DNA from: Candidatus Altarchaeum sp.
GTDB lineage: Archaea; Altiarchaeota; Altiarchaeia; Altiarchaeales; Altiarchaeaceae
Direction: 5' to 3'
Assembly (NCBI GenBank): GCA_018260615.1
Contig: JAGWDQ010000094.1
Coordinates: 1-32,330, forward strand
DNA length: 32,330 bases
The notes below the pieces were generated by a model, which was not told the origin of the DNA, made no database searches, and worked only from the letters and a program-made list of their open reading frames with translations. This document shows positions 1 to 11,500 of the stretch, one piece after another. The number at the start of each line of letters is the position of its first letter. The first letter of the stretch is position 1. Made by a program: the position numbers and the translations under genes.

Positions 1-10
1 TTTTCAATCT

Positions 11-33
11 TTAAAAATCTGCAAGATTTTTAA
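11..33. terminator. Perfect 10-bp inverted repeat (TTAAAAATCT-gca-AGATTTTTAA) overlapping the stop codon of the ModE-like gene; possible terminator or operator
   Basis: Arms 11-20 and 24-33 are exact reverse complements with a 3-nt spacer. The - strand TAA stop (30-32) lies inside one arm. Function is inferred. Confidence 0.35.
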
Positions 34-278
34 ATACTGAAACCTAAATTACTTCCGCCGCCTCTTTTTCCTCCGGTTTTTGTGTTTACAACCTTTTTAT
101 TAAATGTTTCTTCTATTTCATGAATGTATCTCCATGCATGAGGGTATGATAATCCGAAGTCCTTTGCTGCCTTATTTACAGAACCGCATCTTTCAATTGC
201 TTCAAGCAGTTCGATTTTTCCATCACCGATTATATGCTTTTCACCTTCAACGACATATAATTTGCTCTTTATTTCCAT
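30..278 (-). CDS. modE: ModE-family winged-helix transcriptional regulator, N-terminal DNA-binding domain only (82 aa, possibly C-terminally truncated)
   Basis: The translation contains the ModE N-terminal signature: GDGKIELLEAIERCGSVNKAAKDFGLSYPHAWRYIHEIE followed by TKTGGKRGGGS. No molybdate-binding TOBE/Mop domain is present. Confidence 0.85.
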   Translation of the reverse strand: MEIKSKLYVVEGEKHIIGDGKIELLEAIERCGSVNKAAKDFGLSYPHAWRYIHEIEETFNKKVVNTKTGGKRGGGSNLGFSI

Positions 279-388
279 TGTTTTTAATTTACAATCCTGT
301 TATTTTTTAGTAATTTTATAAATCCCCAAAAACGATAATTCCGTAATAAAGTTTCGTGCGATATTATTAAAATTACAACAAAAATTAC

Positions 389-428
389 TTTTGCAACATA
401 AATTATTTATAGAAGTTTATTTGCAAAA
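389..428. promoter_or_regulatory. Imperfect inverted repeat in the 255-bp gap upstream of modE; candidate operator or terminator
   Basis: TTTTGCAA(c)ATAAA at 389-402 pairs with TTTATTTGCAAAA at 416-428 (13 bp, one bulge). It lies ~110 nt from both the modE start and the stop of the upstream gene. Confidence 0.3.
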
Positions 429-533
429 TTATGGTCTTACTTCAAAAAGTTTAATTTTTACATCCAAAATTATATATTTTTTAACTTCAACATTATATAA
501 TTTGCACTTTATGAATCCTTTTCCTGAAATCAT

Positions 534-1898
534 TTACTTTTCAATCTCACTTAAACACCAGTTTCCATGCCCTTCTGAAATATTTTTCAGGTAATTGCAA
601 ATCTCTGTTCCTTTACTTTTATTGATTTTTCCGACATTTATTCCGGAATCAAGCAGACAGGTTATTTTAAACTCACCCTGAATTTCATTACAGTTATTTA
701 TAACATTATCCGGATTGGATGTTGAAAGTGCAACGATTCCATAAGCCAAACATCCTTCTTTTCCAAAGTCCAAAGTATTACACAACTCCTTAATTTTTGT
801 TATATCCTTTGATGCAATGGCAGCATTTTGTAAGCAGTCCCTCTTTGAATTTAAATCACTTATGTTACAGATTTCATAAATTCTACTATCGTTATAAAAT
901 TTATACGAAATTTCAACAAAGCAGGAAAGTGACTCATAAGAAGATAAATTTTTACATATTTCTAAACTTTCCTCTTTATTCACATTTACAGAGCCGGCCA
1001 AGTTAATCAGACATTCGGCACTATTATTACATATTTCTTTTGCTTTGCCTAAGTTATTTGAAAACATTTTTGCAATTAATGATTTACAGACATCTCCTGC
1101 TCCTTTACTTTCACATAATTGCAGCCCTTTACTTAAATTTTTCTCTGCAATTATCGGAGAAATTTGGGTTATGCAATGAATTGCATAAGAAGAATCGGTT
1201 GTGTTGTCACAAATCTTTTCTGCCAAATCTTCATCATATTTTGCCACTTCTGTTGCAATACCATTTATACAAAATGCATAATCATTCATATCTTTATCCC
1301 GGAAATAATTACATGCATGAATCGCTTTGGTATAATTTTCTTTTGCATAATTTAAAGCAAGGTTCTTTATGCAACTATCAGCATCACTTTGGTTTAAGCA
1401 TTCTATACTTGCATTTACATTATCATTAACTAAATTAACTTTATTTGTTGGTCCTTCCAGGACAATTTTTTGTATTATGCCGAACATAAAATTTAATGAT
1501 GAACTTTCAGGTGTATTTTCGCCGTATGATAATATTTCAAGTAAAGCAACGGCATCAAAAATGTCAATTTGCATATCTTTATTAATGTCCTCCGAGTTAT
1601 TTGTAATTTCGCATTTATGGGTTGTTTGATTACAAATTCCCGTTGTGCAGTCCTTACTTGTGCTGCAGAATCCTTCTTTTGCCTGACATACATGTAATAT
1701 GGAATGACAGGACTGATAAGATGTATCGCAATTGCTGTCAATTACACATCCCCAGTCAAGTATGCATGAGGGGCTTGGGCACGCATAAACATCCGGTATT
1801 ATGAATGTTATTGCAGCAATTATCGCAAATATTATAAAAACTTGTTTATTTTCCATATTGTTCTTATCGTCTCTGTTTTTTTTATTTTTCGCATCCAT
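534..1898 (-). CDS. Secreted Cys-rich protein (454 aa): signal peptide, small Cys-rich domain, dockerin-like Ca-binding motif, then ~10 Cys-pair helical repeats
   Basis: Long ORF. Basic N-region, hydrophobic VFIIFAIIAAITFII and DVYA|C cleavage site. Cys-rich aa 40-96 (CVIDSNC, CSTSKDC). DINKDMQIDIFDAVALLEIL at aa 104-123. Ten C-x(5-13)-C pairs in the C-terminal two thirds. An alternative start at Met15 (1856) is possible. Confidence 0.88.
   Translation of the reverse strand: MDAKNKKNRDDKNNMENKQVFIIFAIIAAITFIIPDVYACPSPSCILDWGCVIDSNCDTSYQSCHSILHVCQAKEGFCSTSKDCTTGICNQTTHKCEITNNSEDINKDMQIDIFDAVALLEILSYGENTPESSSLNFMFGIIQKIVLEGPTNKVNLVNDNVNASIECLNQSDADSCIKNLALNYAKENYTKAIHACNYFRDKDMNDYAFCINGIATEVAKYDEDLAEKICDNTTDSSYAIHCITQISPIIAEKNLSKGLQLCESKGAGDVCKSLIAKMFSNNLGKAKEICNNSAECLINLAGSVNVNKEESLEICKNLSSYESLSCFVEISYKFYNDSRIYEICNISDLNSKRDCLQNAAIASKDITKIKELCNTLDFGKEGCLAYGIVALSTSNPDNVINNCNEIQGEFKITCLLDSGINVGKINKSKGTEICNYLKNISEGHGNWCLSEIEK
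1530..1589 (-). other. Dockerin-type/EF-hand-like calcium-binding loop plus helix within the 454-aa protein
   Basis: DINKDMQIDIFDAVALLEIL fits the dockerin repeat pattern D-x-N-x-D-x-x-I-D-x-x-D-x-x-x-L. Only one copy is seen, whereas canonical dockerins have two. Confidence 0.6.
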
Positions 1899-1976
1899 TT
1901 TAAAAAACTTTTATCAAAACTTATTATTTGTTATTTTATTTTTATTTATAGAGATTTAATTAATTAGAACTTTTAG

Positions 1977-2430
1977 TAAAAATTTAATTTCATTTATTAA
2001 TTTATATATTTTTAATTAATTTATTAATTATTAATTTATTTATACAAATTTAATTAATATATAAACATTTAATTAATTAATTTATTAATTTATTTATACA
2101 AATTTAATTAATATATAAACATTTAATTAATTAATTTATTAATTTATTTATACAAATTTAATTAATATATAAACATTTAATTAATTAATTTATTAATTTA
2201 TTTATACAAATTTAATTAATATATAAACATTTAATTAATTAATTTATTAATTTATTTATACAAATTTAATTAATATATAAACATTTAATTAATTAATTTA
2301 TTAATTTATTTATACAAATTTAATTAATATATCTTAATTTATTAATTTATTAAAACTTTTTAATTTATTAATTTATTAATTAATTTATTAAACCTAATTT
2401 TAATCTCTTAACCTAAAATTAAAATAATAT
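1977..2430. promoter_or_regulatory. Extremely AT-rich divergent promoter region, with no G on the + strand for 454 nt
   Basis: The last G before the tract is at 1976 and the next is at 2431. It lies between the divergent start codons at 1898 (-) and 2452 (+). The promoter role is inferred from position. Confidence 0.6.
2028..2332. repeat. Perfect 54-bp tandem repeat (VNTR), 5 full copies plus partial flanking copies
   Basis: Unit TATACAAATTTAATTAATATATAAACATTTAATTAATTAATTTATTAATTTATT starts at 2041, 2095, 2149, 2203 and 2257, with a partial copy at 2311-2332 and a 13-nt partial at 2028-2040. There are no spacers. Confidence 0.97.
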
Positions 2431-2451
2431 GAATAAATTAAACTAAACAGA

Positions 2452-2544
2452 ATGGACCAAAAAGTAAACATAAAGGGTTTGTTATTATTGGGATTTCTCG
2501 GAATTATAATAGGAATTTTAATAGGAATTCAGGATGTTTCTGCA
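2452..2544 (+). other. Signal peptide of the giant protein (aa 1-31)
   Basis: MDQKVNIKGLLLLGFLGIIIGILIGIQDVSA|YSG has a basic N-region, a long hydrophobic core and a V-S-A signal peptidase I motif. Confidence 0.85.
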
Positions 2545-5500
2545 TATTCGGGACTGCTCGGAAGTGAATTCGTTGTTTATCCGCCGGATGACTGGAATAC
2601 AGGGGGAACTTTTAATGCGTTAGCGTATGATAATATTGGTGCCGGAAGACCTTCTGTTGCAGGTGTCATTCTTACTAATAATACTTATTGTGAAGTTGAG
2701 GTTATGCTTGATGACGGGAAATATTATAAAATTTATACCGGAATAAATTTAAAGGAAGGGATGGTGATGGATTTCTATGACGGATGGAATAAGACCAATG
2801 ATAACAGGGTTTATAATCATACCTGTAATTGTCCCGCTACAGGAAGTTGTAATTGTTCCTGCACTACAAACGGTGGTGATGGAGGCGGAAGTAATGCAAA
2901 TAATTGTACTTATAATGGTGGGGGTATCAACATCGGCGGAAAGATAATGCACATTGTTTGTAATCAACCAATTTATACATTTACCGCAGAGGTCGGAAGT
3001 ATGAGAAGTCCGGTGGGAAAATCCGGAAAATTTAATGACAGAAATTACATTATTCATTTTTCTAATAATAATTGGGGTGGCCCCCTTTTTATGCTTATAT
3101 CAACTCAAAGGCCAAATACAACAATAACAATTCAGGAAATAGATCCGACAACGGGAAGCAATATCGGAGCGGCTGAAACATTCAATTTAAGCGGAAACGG
3201 TGCTCAAGAGCCGGGAATTGCAATAAGAACCATGACTCCAAGAGATTTAGGAATGCCTTTAAGGGGCAGTGCATCTACTTCTACATATAAAATTACAGCA
3301 AATGAGCCGGTTTTTGTTGAACAATATCTTAAACATATTGATACTTTAAATTGGCTTGGAGCAGAAGATGACGGGACATTAATGGGAAGAACTTATTTAA
3401 CAGCATCAGAATCTAGTCCAACAGGAGGGGTCATATATAATCCAAACGATTATTCAATAAATGTAAGTGTATATAATAGTAATAGAGGGTATACAACAAC
3501 CGGAAATTTTAATGATTCTATTATTACATGGACTGCTGCTGCAACCTGTAATATTCCCGCGAATAGTTATGGGAGATGTTCTTATAATGGTAACAAAGTG
3601 ATTGTAAAACTAAATTCTACGGACAGATTTCAGTTTATTGGAGGAGATCTAACTGCCCAAAATCTATATTCTCTAAATCATTTTTATACAAGAATTCCTC
3701 CTGTAAATAAAATGGATACAAACTTTAGTACAAGATTCGCTATTGCGCAAGGTCGAGTAGGTCATTATTCAGGGGGTGGCAATCGAGGTGGTGCAGCGTA
3801 TATCTGGCAATTGCAGGGATGTGAAGATAATTTAATAAATTTTGATCCAGGAGCAACAATAACATATGCTGAAACTGCCGGGACAATACCTGCAACATTT
3901 CAGGGAAGGAATACAACTTTAAATTTTACAAATTATGGCAGTATAACACAAACAAGTATTACTGCATGTAACGGAAGTTTTTCTTTATATAATGTTATGT
4001 TTTTAAGTCCTTTGAACGGAGCAGATTACAATTGTGGCAGTATGTTATCTACTTGTAATCCACTTGTGGCTTATTGTAGTGTTTCTTGTACCTGTGCCGA
4101 AAATGGTATTGGTCTTTTTGGGCCAATAACCCTGATGGCAGGAGAACCGTGGGCACTGGATTTAAAAAACGGGAGAATTGCAATGACATGGGATTGGGGT
4201 ATGAGTAGTTTATATAGCATGAATATAAGATATGGAGATAATGGAACAAGCGGGATAATTCGTCTGGGAGGAACAGAGGGATTATATGGAAGTGGAGATG
4301 ATAGTAACATAAAATTTAACTCAACATCTCCGGTTAAATTTTACAGAATCGGACTTGCGGAATGTTCAAATTCCCCGATTGAATCGGAAAGTCCTTATAT
4401 CGTCATTGATTCTGATGCACAATCACCCTTAACGATAGGACAAACGGGCTGGGTAAATTCAACGATAACAAATATCGGAAGCAAGGAGGCAATTGACAAT
4501 ATAATTATTCATGAAATTCCTCCGAATATGGAGTTTATTTCTTCAACATTCAGATTGTTCTTTAAAGATACAACGGACTCAAATTTAACAGACATTACTG
4601 GAAATATAACATTGATACTGGGAAATAATGAAAGCGATTGTAAAAACATGATTACAGATATTCATACTGCAAATTATACAAATCCGGCAGTTGTATGTTA
4701 TTATCAGCAGTATTTTGGCGCCTTAAAGAAAACTTATATTCTTATTAACACATCAACATTTGAAGGAGTAACAACGCAGGATGAAGGAGATAAAGTTGTT
4801 TTCTCATATCGGGCAACATTGCTTGAAGGAGATCCTTCAGGAAAAATTTTTGCATATACCTCTTCAAAAGGACAATATTGTGCACCTTATTTTGAAGGTG
4901 AAACAAGGCCCATAGAGGTATTGGCAATAATTGAAATTTTAGTTCCGTCTTTAACAATTTACAAGGAAATTACACCTTCTATGGTAGGTGTTGGTGACAA
5001 TATAACCGTCAAGGTCGTATTTTATGATTTATCCGGCTTAAACATTACAAATTTAACAATTAAGGATTTTAGTTTTAAAAATTTTACTTATAATGAGGAT
5101 GCAAATTATACGAGAACAGGAGTAAACATTACACGAACAATAACTGAAACAAGAAATACCACAACATATCAGATTATTTCATTTTCAATGTTAAATGAAA
5201 ATGTAAATAACATTTCGGATGCGTGTTCGGAATGTGTTCAAAAAACAAGGGTTTATAATGCCACAAAGGTTTATGCCGGAACCGTTTTGACAGATGTAAT
5301 ATTTAACTACACATCCGCTTTTATAAACAAGACAGGAACACCTGAATATGTATTTAGAAATATTCCTGGAGCTATAATAAACAGCACACAAATTGGAAAT
5401 TGTACATGTTCAAATGGCAATAATTGTACAGGTGATACTAACTGTCAACAAAATTGCGGTTCCGGAACATCATATACTTGCATCTATAATGAAACAAGAA

Positions 5501-8500
5501 TGGATTATTACAATTATCTGATATTTACAATGAAGGCAAATGATACGATATTTCCGGAAAATATGACAAATTGTGTAGAGGAAGGCAGCGTATTAACACT
5601 GAGAAGCGGTAATGGCGCGCCGATAAATTCAACGGCAAGATTCTGTATAAGTCCCCAACCCGGAAATGTTTCTCTAAACAAAACTATGAGCCAGCTAAAC
5701 TTTACTCCCAATGAAACGGCATGGATTAATGTAACAGCCAATGTTTCCCTTGATTTTGTCTCTCCGAGAGTGGAAATTGGTGATAAGCTCCCTTCATGGT
5801 TTGAATTTACAGGAGAAGCATATCTTTACGAATACAACATTTCTTCGAAAAATTATGATTTAATCTGTAACATTTCAGTTAATGGAAATAATTGCTCAAC
5901 ATCAATTTCGGATCCGGTAATAAGTAATGATTATGGAGAATTAAGAAAGATTGTATCCTGGACAATGTTTAATAAATCATCATATAATTACAGAATTCAA
6001 CTAAAGGTTAAGGCATTGGCACATGATTTCTTAAATAATGCTCCAAATATGTCCGAGGAAGATACCAGAACAAATATTGCATTTTCAAAAATTTATTATC
6101 CCGGCGGAGGATACAGATATGATGCGGCATCTTTAAGGGGTTTAATGATTATTCCGCCGGAATTAGGTGTTTATAAAACGATGATTCCGACAAAAAGCAC
6201 ACCATATTATACGAATGACACCATAACATTCGTAGCAACGATTTGCGAATTATCCAATACATCTTCATGGTATGATGTTGAGATTAATGATATTATGGGA
6301 CCGGGACTGGAATATAAAGATGTGGCAAAATGGACTTACTGGAATGGAAGTAGTTATGTTACCTCTGACATTTTCTTGTCAAATTCTTCTGTTACTTGTC
6401 CTCAGGGATTTCAAGAAAGTTCCGGAAATTGTACAAAACTAAATGCTTCTTATCTTTCAAATGAAAATTTAAGTGTGATTTATAAAGGAACATGTGCTTA
6501 TTTGACATTCAAGACAACAGTAAAGGAAGGGACATTACTTGGAAGTTCTTTAAAAAATGATGTGTATGTAAATGTTAGAATGGCGGATCATACGCCTATG
6601 AAGGGTAAGGCTACAACCTACCCTGTGACAGAGTATGAAAATTTAACAATAAATAAGGTAGCAAATACATCTGTTGCTGAACCCGGCGACTTTGTAAATT
6701 TCACAATAAGTATAACAAATAAAGGCAATAAAGATATAAAATATTTAAGAATAACTGACCTGCTTCCACTATATTTTGAATATCAAAGTGGTACCGCATC
6801 ATTTAATTATTACAAAAATGGTTCTGTAACTCCCAATATGACCTTTTCTTTAGATACGAACACTATATTTGGAAATGTTTGCGGGACAGGAATAAATGCT
6901 ATAAATGACAGCGGGCAATTACTTTACTGGAGCGTATGGGAACAAATCGGAGAAAATTTCTCTGCAAATGATACAGTTAAAGTTACATTTACAACAAAAG
7001 TAGTAACAACACCCTGTATGGTTAGTGGTCAGCAGAATGTTACAAACACGGGAAATGCTTATGGATATGTGTGGAACGACAGTAAAAACGATTACGATGG
7101 AATTTATGCGACAATAAGAGCTCCGTGGATTTTGGTTATTCCTCCTGCATACTGGTGTGATGTAAAGGTAGGAAATTTCTTTATTGATAATTCAACAAAC
7201 GAAGGGAATATTGAATATATACATATGAGCGGAGAAGTGAATGGAATTTCCGTTTACAATATAATCCATTACTTTAAATTTGCTCCGAATTATACTGTTA
7301 CTAATATAACAATAGAATACAGAAATCAAACAGGAAGATATTTCTATGCTATTCCGCTATATTGTGCGGATATTTTGGGGAATTCGTCAGTTGGAACAAA
7401 TGTTACACTTTCAAATCATACGGCAAATTATTCAAATCCAAATTGTAGTGCCCTGGCATTATACTCGCATTTAAAAGGAACAAGTATTTATACACATATA
7501 TTTGTAAATTTCACAGGAAATGCAACGGTTTGCAGTTCAAGTGAAGCGTGGGCAGGAGACGGATATATGATTGGATGTGCGGGAGGATGTTATAATCTAA
7601 CACAAAGAGTTCCTCCGTTTCCGGGAATAAATTTAACTAAACATGTCTATGCAAGTTGTGCAGAACCGGGAGATATTGTTAATTATTCCATAACTATGAA
7701 ATTAAATGAAACAACAACGGCAAGAAGTTTAAATATATTTGATGCCTTTTTCTTCGGTTCAAATTATGTTCCTGGTTCAACAAAGATAAATGTTACCTGT
7801 GGTAATGGAAACTCTACTATCTATACCGGTTCAAACTATGAACCCGTTATTACGGGTGCAGCAAACGATGTTATATGGTGGGATTTGAATACGCTTGATA
7901 ACGGTTGTCCTCAATGTAGCGGATGTCCTGATAATACAGAACCATGTGATTATGGTTGTGAGCCATGGAAGCCAAAAATAGGTGTTAACTTCTTCGGTCC
8001 AAATTCAACAATAAATGTCTCATTCCGGATGAAAATAAATTCATCTGTTTCATATCCCAATAGCGACAATAATGAAAACACGGTTCCGGTAACATTTGTT
8101 TATATAACTTCCAAGGGAGAAATTGCATTTTCAGCAACAGGTGCGTTTGAAAAACTACTCGTTTGTGTTCCAAATATAACAGCGAGCAAAATTTCTCCGT
8201 ATGGCGCAGAACCGGGCGATATTGTAAATTTCACGATTTATGTTAATGATACATCGGATTGCGAGTGTCAGCATGTTTATAACACAACAATTGTTGATAC
8301 CTTTACAACGATTCCAAAGACAAATAAGGAACCGTTTATTCCACAAAAGGCGTGGATAAATGGTGTTGAAGTAAGCAGTTGGAATTTAATATGGAATTGT
8401 ATAAGGGATAGCAACAACATTGTCCAAAATTGTACAATTAATTTCTCATATGACCTGAATGATGTTACTGCAAATGGAAATTTAAGTAAATTTAATCATA

Positions 8501-11500
8501 AACAAAATTTAACATTGATAATTCAGGCAAAGATTAATGCTCCTTTAATTACAAACATAACAAATAATGCAACCGTAACTGCTGTAATGGGAGACGGAAC
8601 GCCTTTAAATGCTTCAACAGAAACAAAAACAACGATAGTAGGAAAGAGCAATGTAAGTACCGTTAAAAGTGTAGTTACAGCAAGCGTTTACAGACCAAAG
8701 CAGGATTGCTATGTATTTGATACTTGTTTAACAAGCAATAATGTTGTTGAGCCGGGAGATATTGTTGTTTATAATGTAACAATTACAAACACAGGAACAG
8801 CAACTGCTTTTGATATTTCATTTACGGACTTATTGCCAATTGAATTTAAATATATTGATAATAGCAATGTAAGTGCGGCATTTGTAGGTAAAGAAATACA
8901 TGGTTTGCAGGAATTCCTTACATTTTATGTAGGATATGTGGATAATTCTTCACCAAAATCATTTACCTATAATGTTACTGTAATCTCCGGTGCAAATGAG
9001 GGAATGAACAATAACACCGTCATTGTATCTGGATATGACGGGCTTGGAAGGACAATTCCGAAAGAAGTGAAGCAGGCAAATGTCAGTGTTATAATTCCAA
9101 AAATCAGTGTCAGCAAGACAGCGAATGTTTCACAGGCACAACCGGGCGATTTAATTAAATTTACTTTAAACATTACAACAACCGGAAATGTTTATGATGT
9201 TAATGTTACCGATATATTGCCGGATAATTTTGAGTTAATTCTGCCAACACAGCCAAATTATGCAGGCAAGGATGGAAACATATTAAAGTTTAACATTCCG
9301 AACATAAACGGGCAATATTTAATAAATATAACTTTAAAGGCAACATCAAAGTCACAAACATCATCAAATGTATTCTTTGCGGAAGGAATTTACGGCGACA
9401 ATAAACCGGTAATTAGCGACGATGCAAATGTATGGCTCACAATTGTTAATCCGCAGTTAGATGTAGTTAAAGAAATAACAGGTGTTGTATTAAATGGCGA
9501 TATGCTGACAACAGCTTATAAACTAACCATAAAGAATGTAGGACATGGAACTGCTTATAATGTGTTATTTAAAGATACATTACAGCATGGAAATAATTAT
9601 GTTACCGGAACATTCAATGTTAACGGAACTCTACAAAATCCAAACCCTGCTAATAATATATTAACTTATTCCGTTGGAAATTTACAACAGGGGCAGGAAG
9701 TAAATATAACTTATAATTGTTCGGGAAATTTAAGTGATAGTTCTCCGAGCGGATTACAGGGCGGAATTAATCTTGTTACAGTAAATGCAAGCGATGGTTA
9801 TAAAGAAATTTCAGCGCAGGCAACCGCTTCAACCGGAGCATTGTCGGTTTCAAAAACAAAGAATAAGGATATTATTGAAGCAGGAGAAGGTATGACCTTT
9901 ACAGTAACTCTGAATGCTGTAACAGATTTAACAAATGTTGTTGTTAGTGATACATTGCCGTCTGACTGGAGTTATGTGACAAATAGTGCAACGTTGGATG
10001 GAAGTTCATCTGGTTTTACTGTTGTTTCAACTTCTCCATTAACAATAAATATTGGCACATTATCACAAGGCCCACATACATTAAAATATAATGCAACAGC
10101 GGGATGTAATGCATTAAAGCAGGATATGAATAAAGTTATTGTTAATTACACTTATAATAATGGAAATATTGAGTATAATTTTACTTCAAAGCCGGTTTCT
10201 GTAATTGTTAATGTAAAAGGAAAGCCAATTTTAGTTATTAATAAGCAAGTAAATGCAACTTATGCCGAGCCGGGAGATGTTATTCGGTATTCAATAAATA
10301 TAAGTAATTTAGGAGAGTCAAAGATATTAAATTTGAATATTTCTGATAAATTACCTGTTGGATTTAATTATATAGACGGAAGTTCAAAATTGGATGGAAG
10401 CAGCATAGGAGATCCAACACTAACAGGACAGGTATTAAATTGGACAAGTATTATTGGTGTGTTAAATCCCGGAGAAAGTAAGTTATTGACATTTAATGTA
10501 AATGTAACCTCAACAGCAGATGTATATTCATTAAATACTGTAAATGCTACCGGAATAAGCAATTGCCTGGAATTGGTTAAGGAAGCAGAAATTCAAATAG
10601 AAGTTAGAAAGCCGGAATTAGGTATTCAAAAATCAGTAGATCCAAAGTTTGCAACTATTGGAGATACAATTTATTATACTGTTTCAATCACAAACAACGG
10701 GAAAGGAAAGGCATACAATGTTATTGCAAATGATACACATCTGTCAGGTTTTAACTTTGTAAATTCAACATGTGCAAATGTTCTGGATTGTGATCCGACA
10801 GTAAGCGGAAATACATTGACATGGAATGTCGGAACACTTGAGCCGGGACAAACAGCAGTAATTTTATATTCTATGTATGTGAATTCAAGTGCAGCAGACG
10901 GAACAAATATAAATAATATTTTGCTTAGCTATGATGACAAATCAGGAACAACAAATACAAATTATGACAATGAAACAGTACATATAAATGTAGATTGTGT
11001 ATTAAATTTAACGAAGGAAGTTATAAGCATATCTCCATCCCCCGGAAGCAATAAGGCAGAAATAGGAAGCACAGTAACATATAAATGGACCGTAACAAAA
11101 ATAGGAGATTGCGACGACATACGTGATGTTGTGTTGACGGATAACATTCCAAATGGAGGGGATAATTTCGTCAATAAAACATGTGATGCAACGATAAACA
11201 ACAATGTAATAACATGGAATATTGGATACTTATCTGTACCTGATCCAGTAACCTGTGAGTATTCAATAAGAATAAATTCATCGGCAGATGTTGGCTTATT
11301 TACAAATACAGCAAATGTTAGGGGACAGACCGAACAAGGCGTTAATGTTTCAGATGTGGATAAAGCAGATATATGGATTGTAGGCCCGCCGGTTTTAGCG
11401 GTTGAAAAGCTCGCAAATGTAAGTGAAATCTATCCGGGAGAAAGTGTTTTATTTACAATAATAATAAGAAACAATGGAGAATCATCCCTCTATAATTTAA

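Noticed and set aside
468-502. TATATA-containing palindromic words upstream of modE as a ModE operator
   Set aside because: Spacing and flanks do not match the known ModE box pattern, and such words are common at this AT content.
104-1804. Short + strand ORFs overlapping modE and the 454-aa gene
   Set aside because: They are antisense shadows of better-supported genes with no protein-like features.
2028-2332. 54-bp repeat array as a CRISPR array
   Set aside because: Units are head-to-tail identical with no unique spacers, and no cas genes are present.
1977-2430. AT-rich tract as a replication origin unwinding element
   Set aside because: No ORB/DnaA-box-like motifs (the tract has no G) and no cdc6/orc1 or dnaA gene nearby. 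It cannot be excluded but is unsupported.
2429-2446. Upstream ATG (MNKLN-stop) as alternative start or regulatory uORF
   Set aside because: It is in a different frame, only five codons long, and expected by chance in AT-rich DNA.
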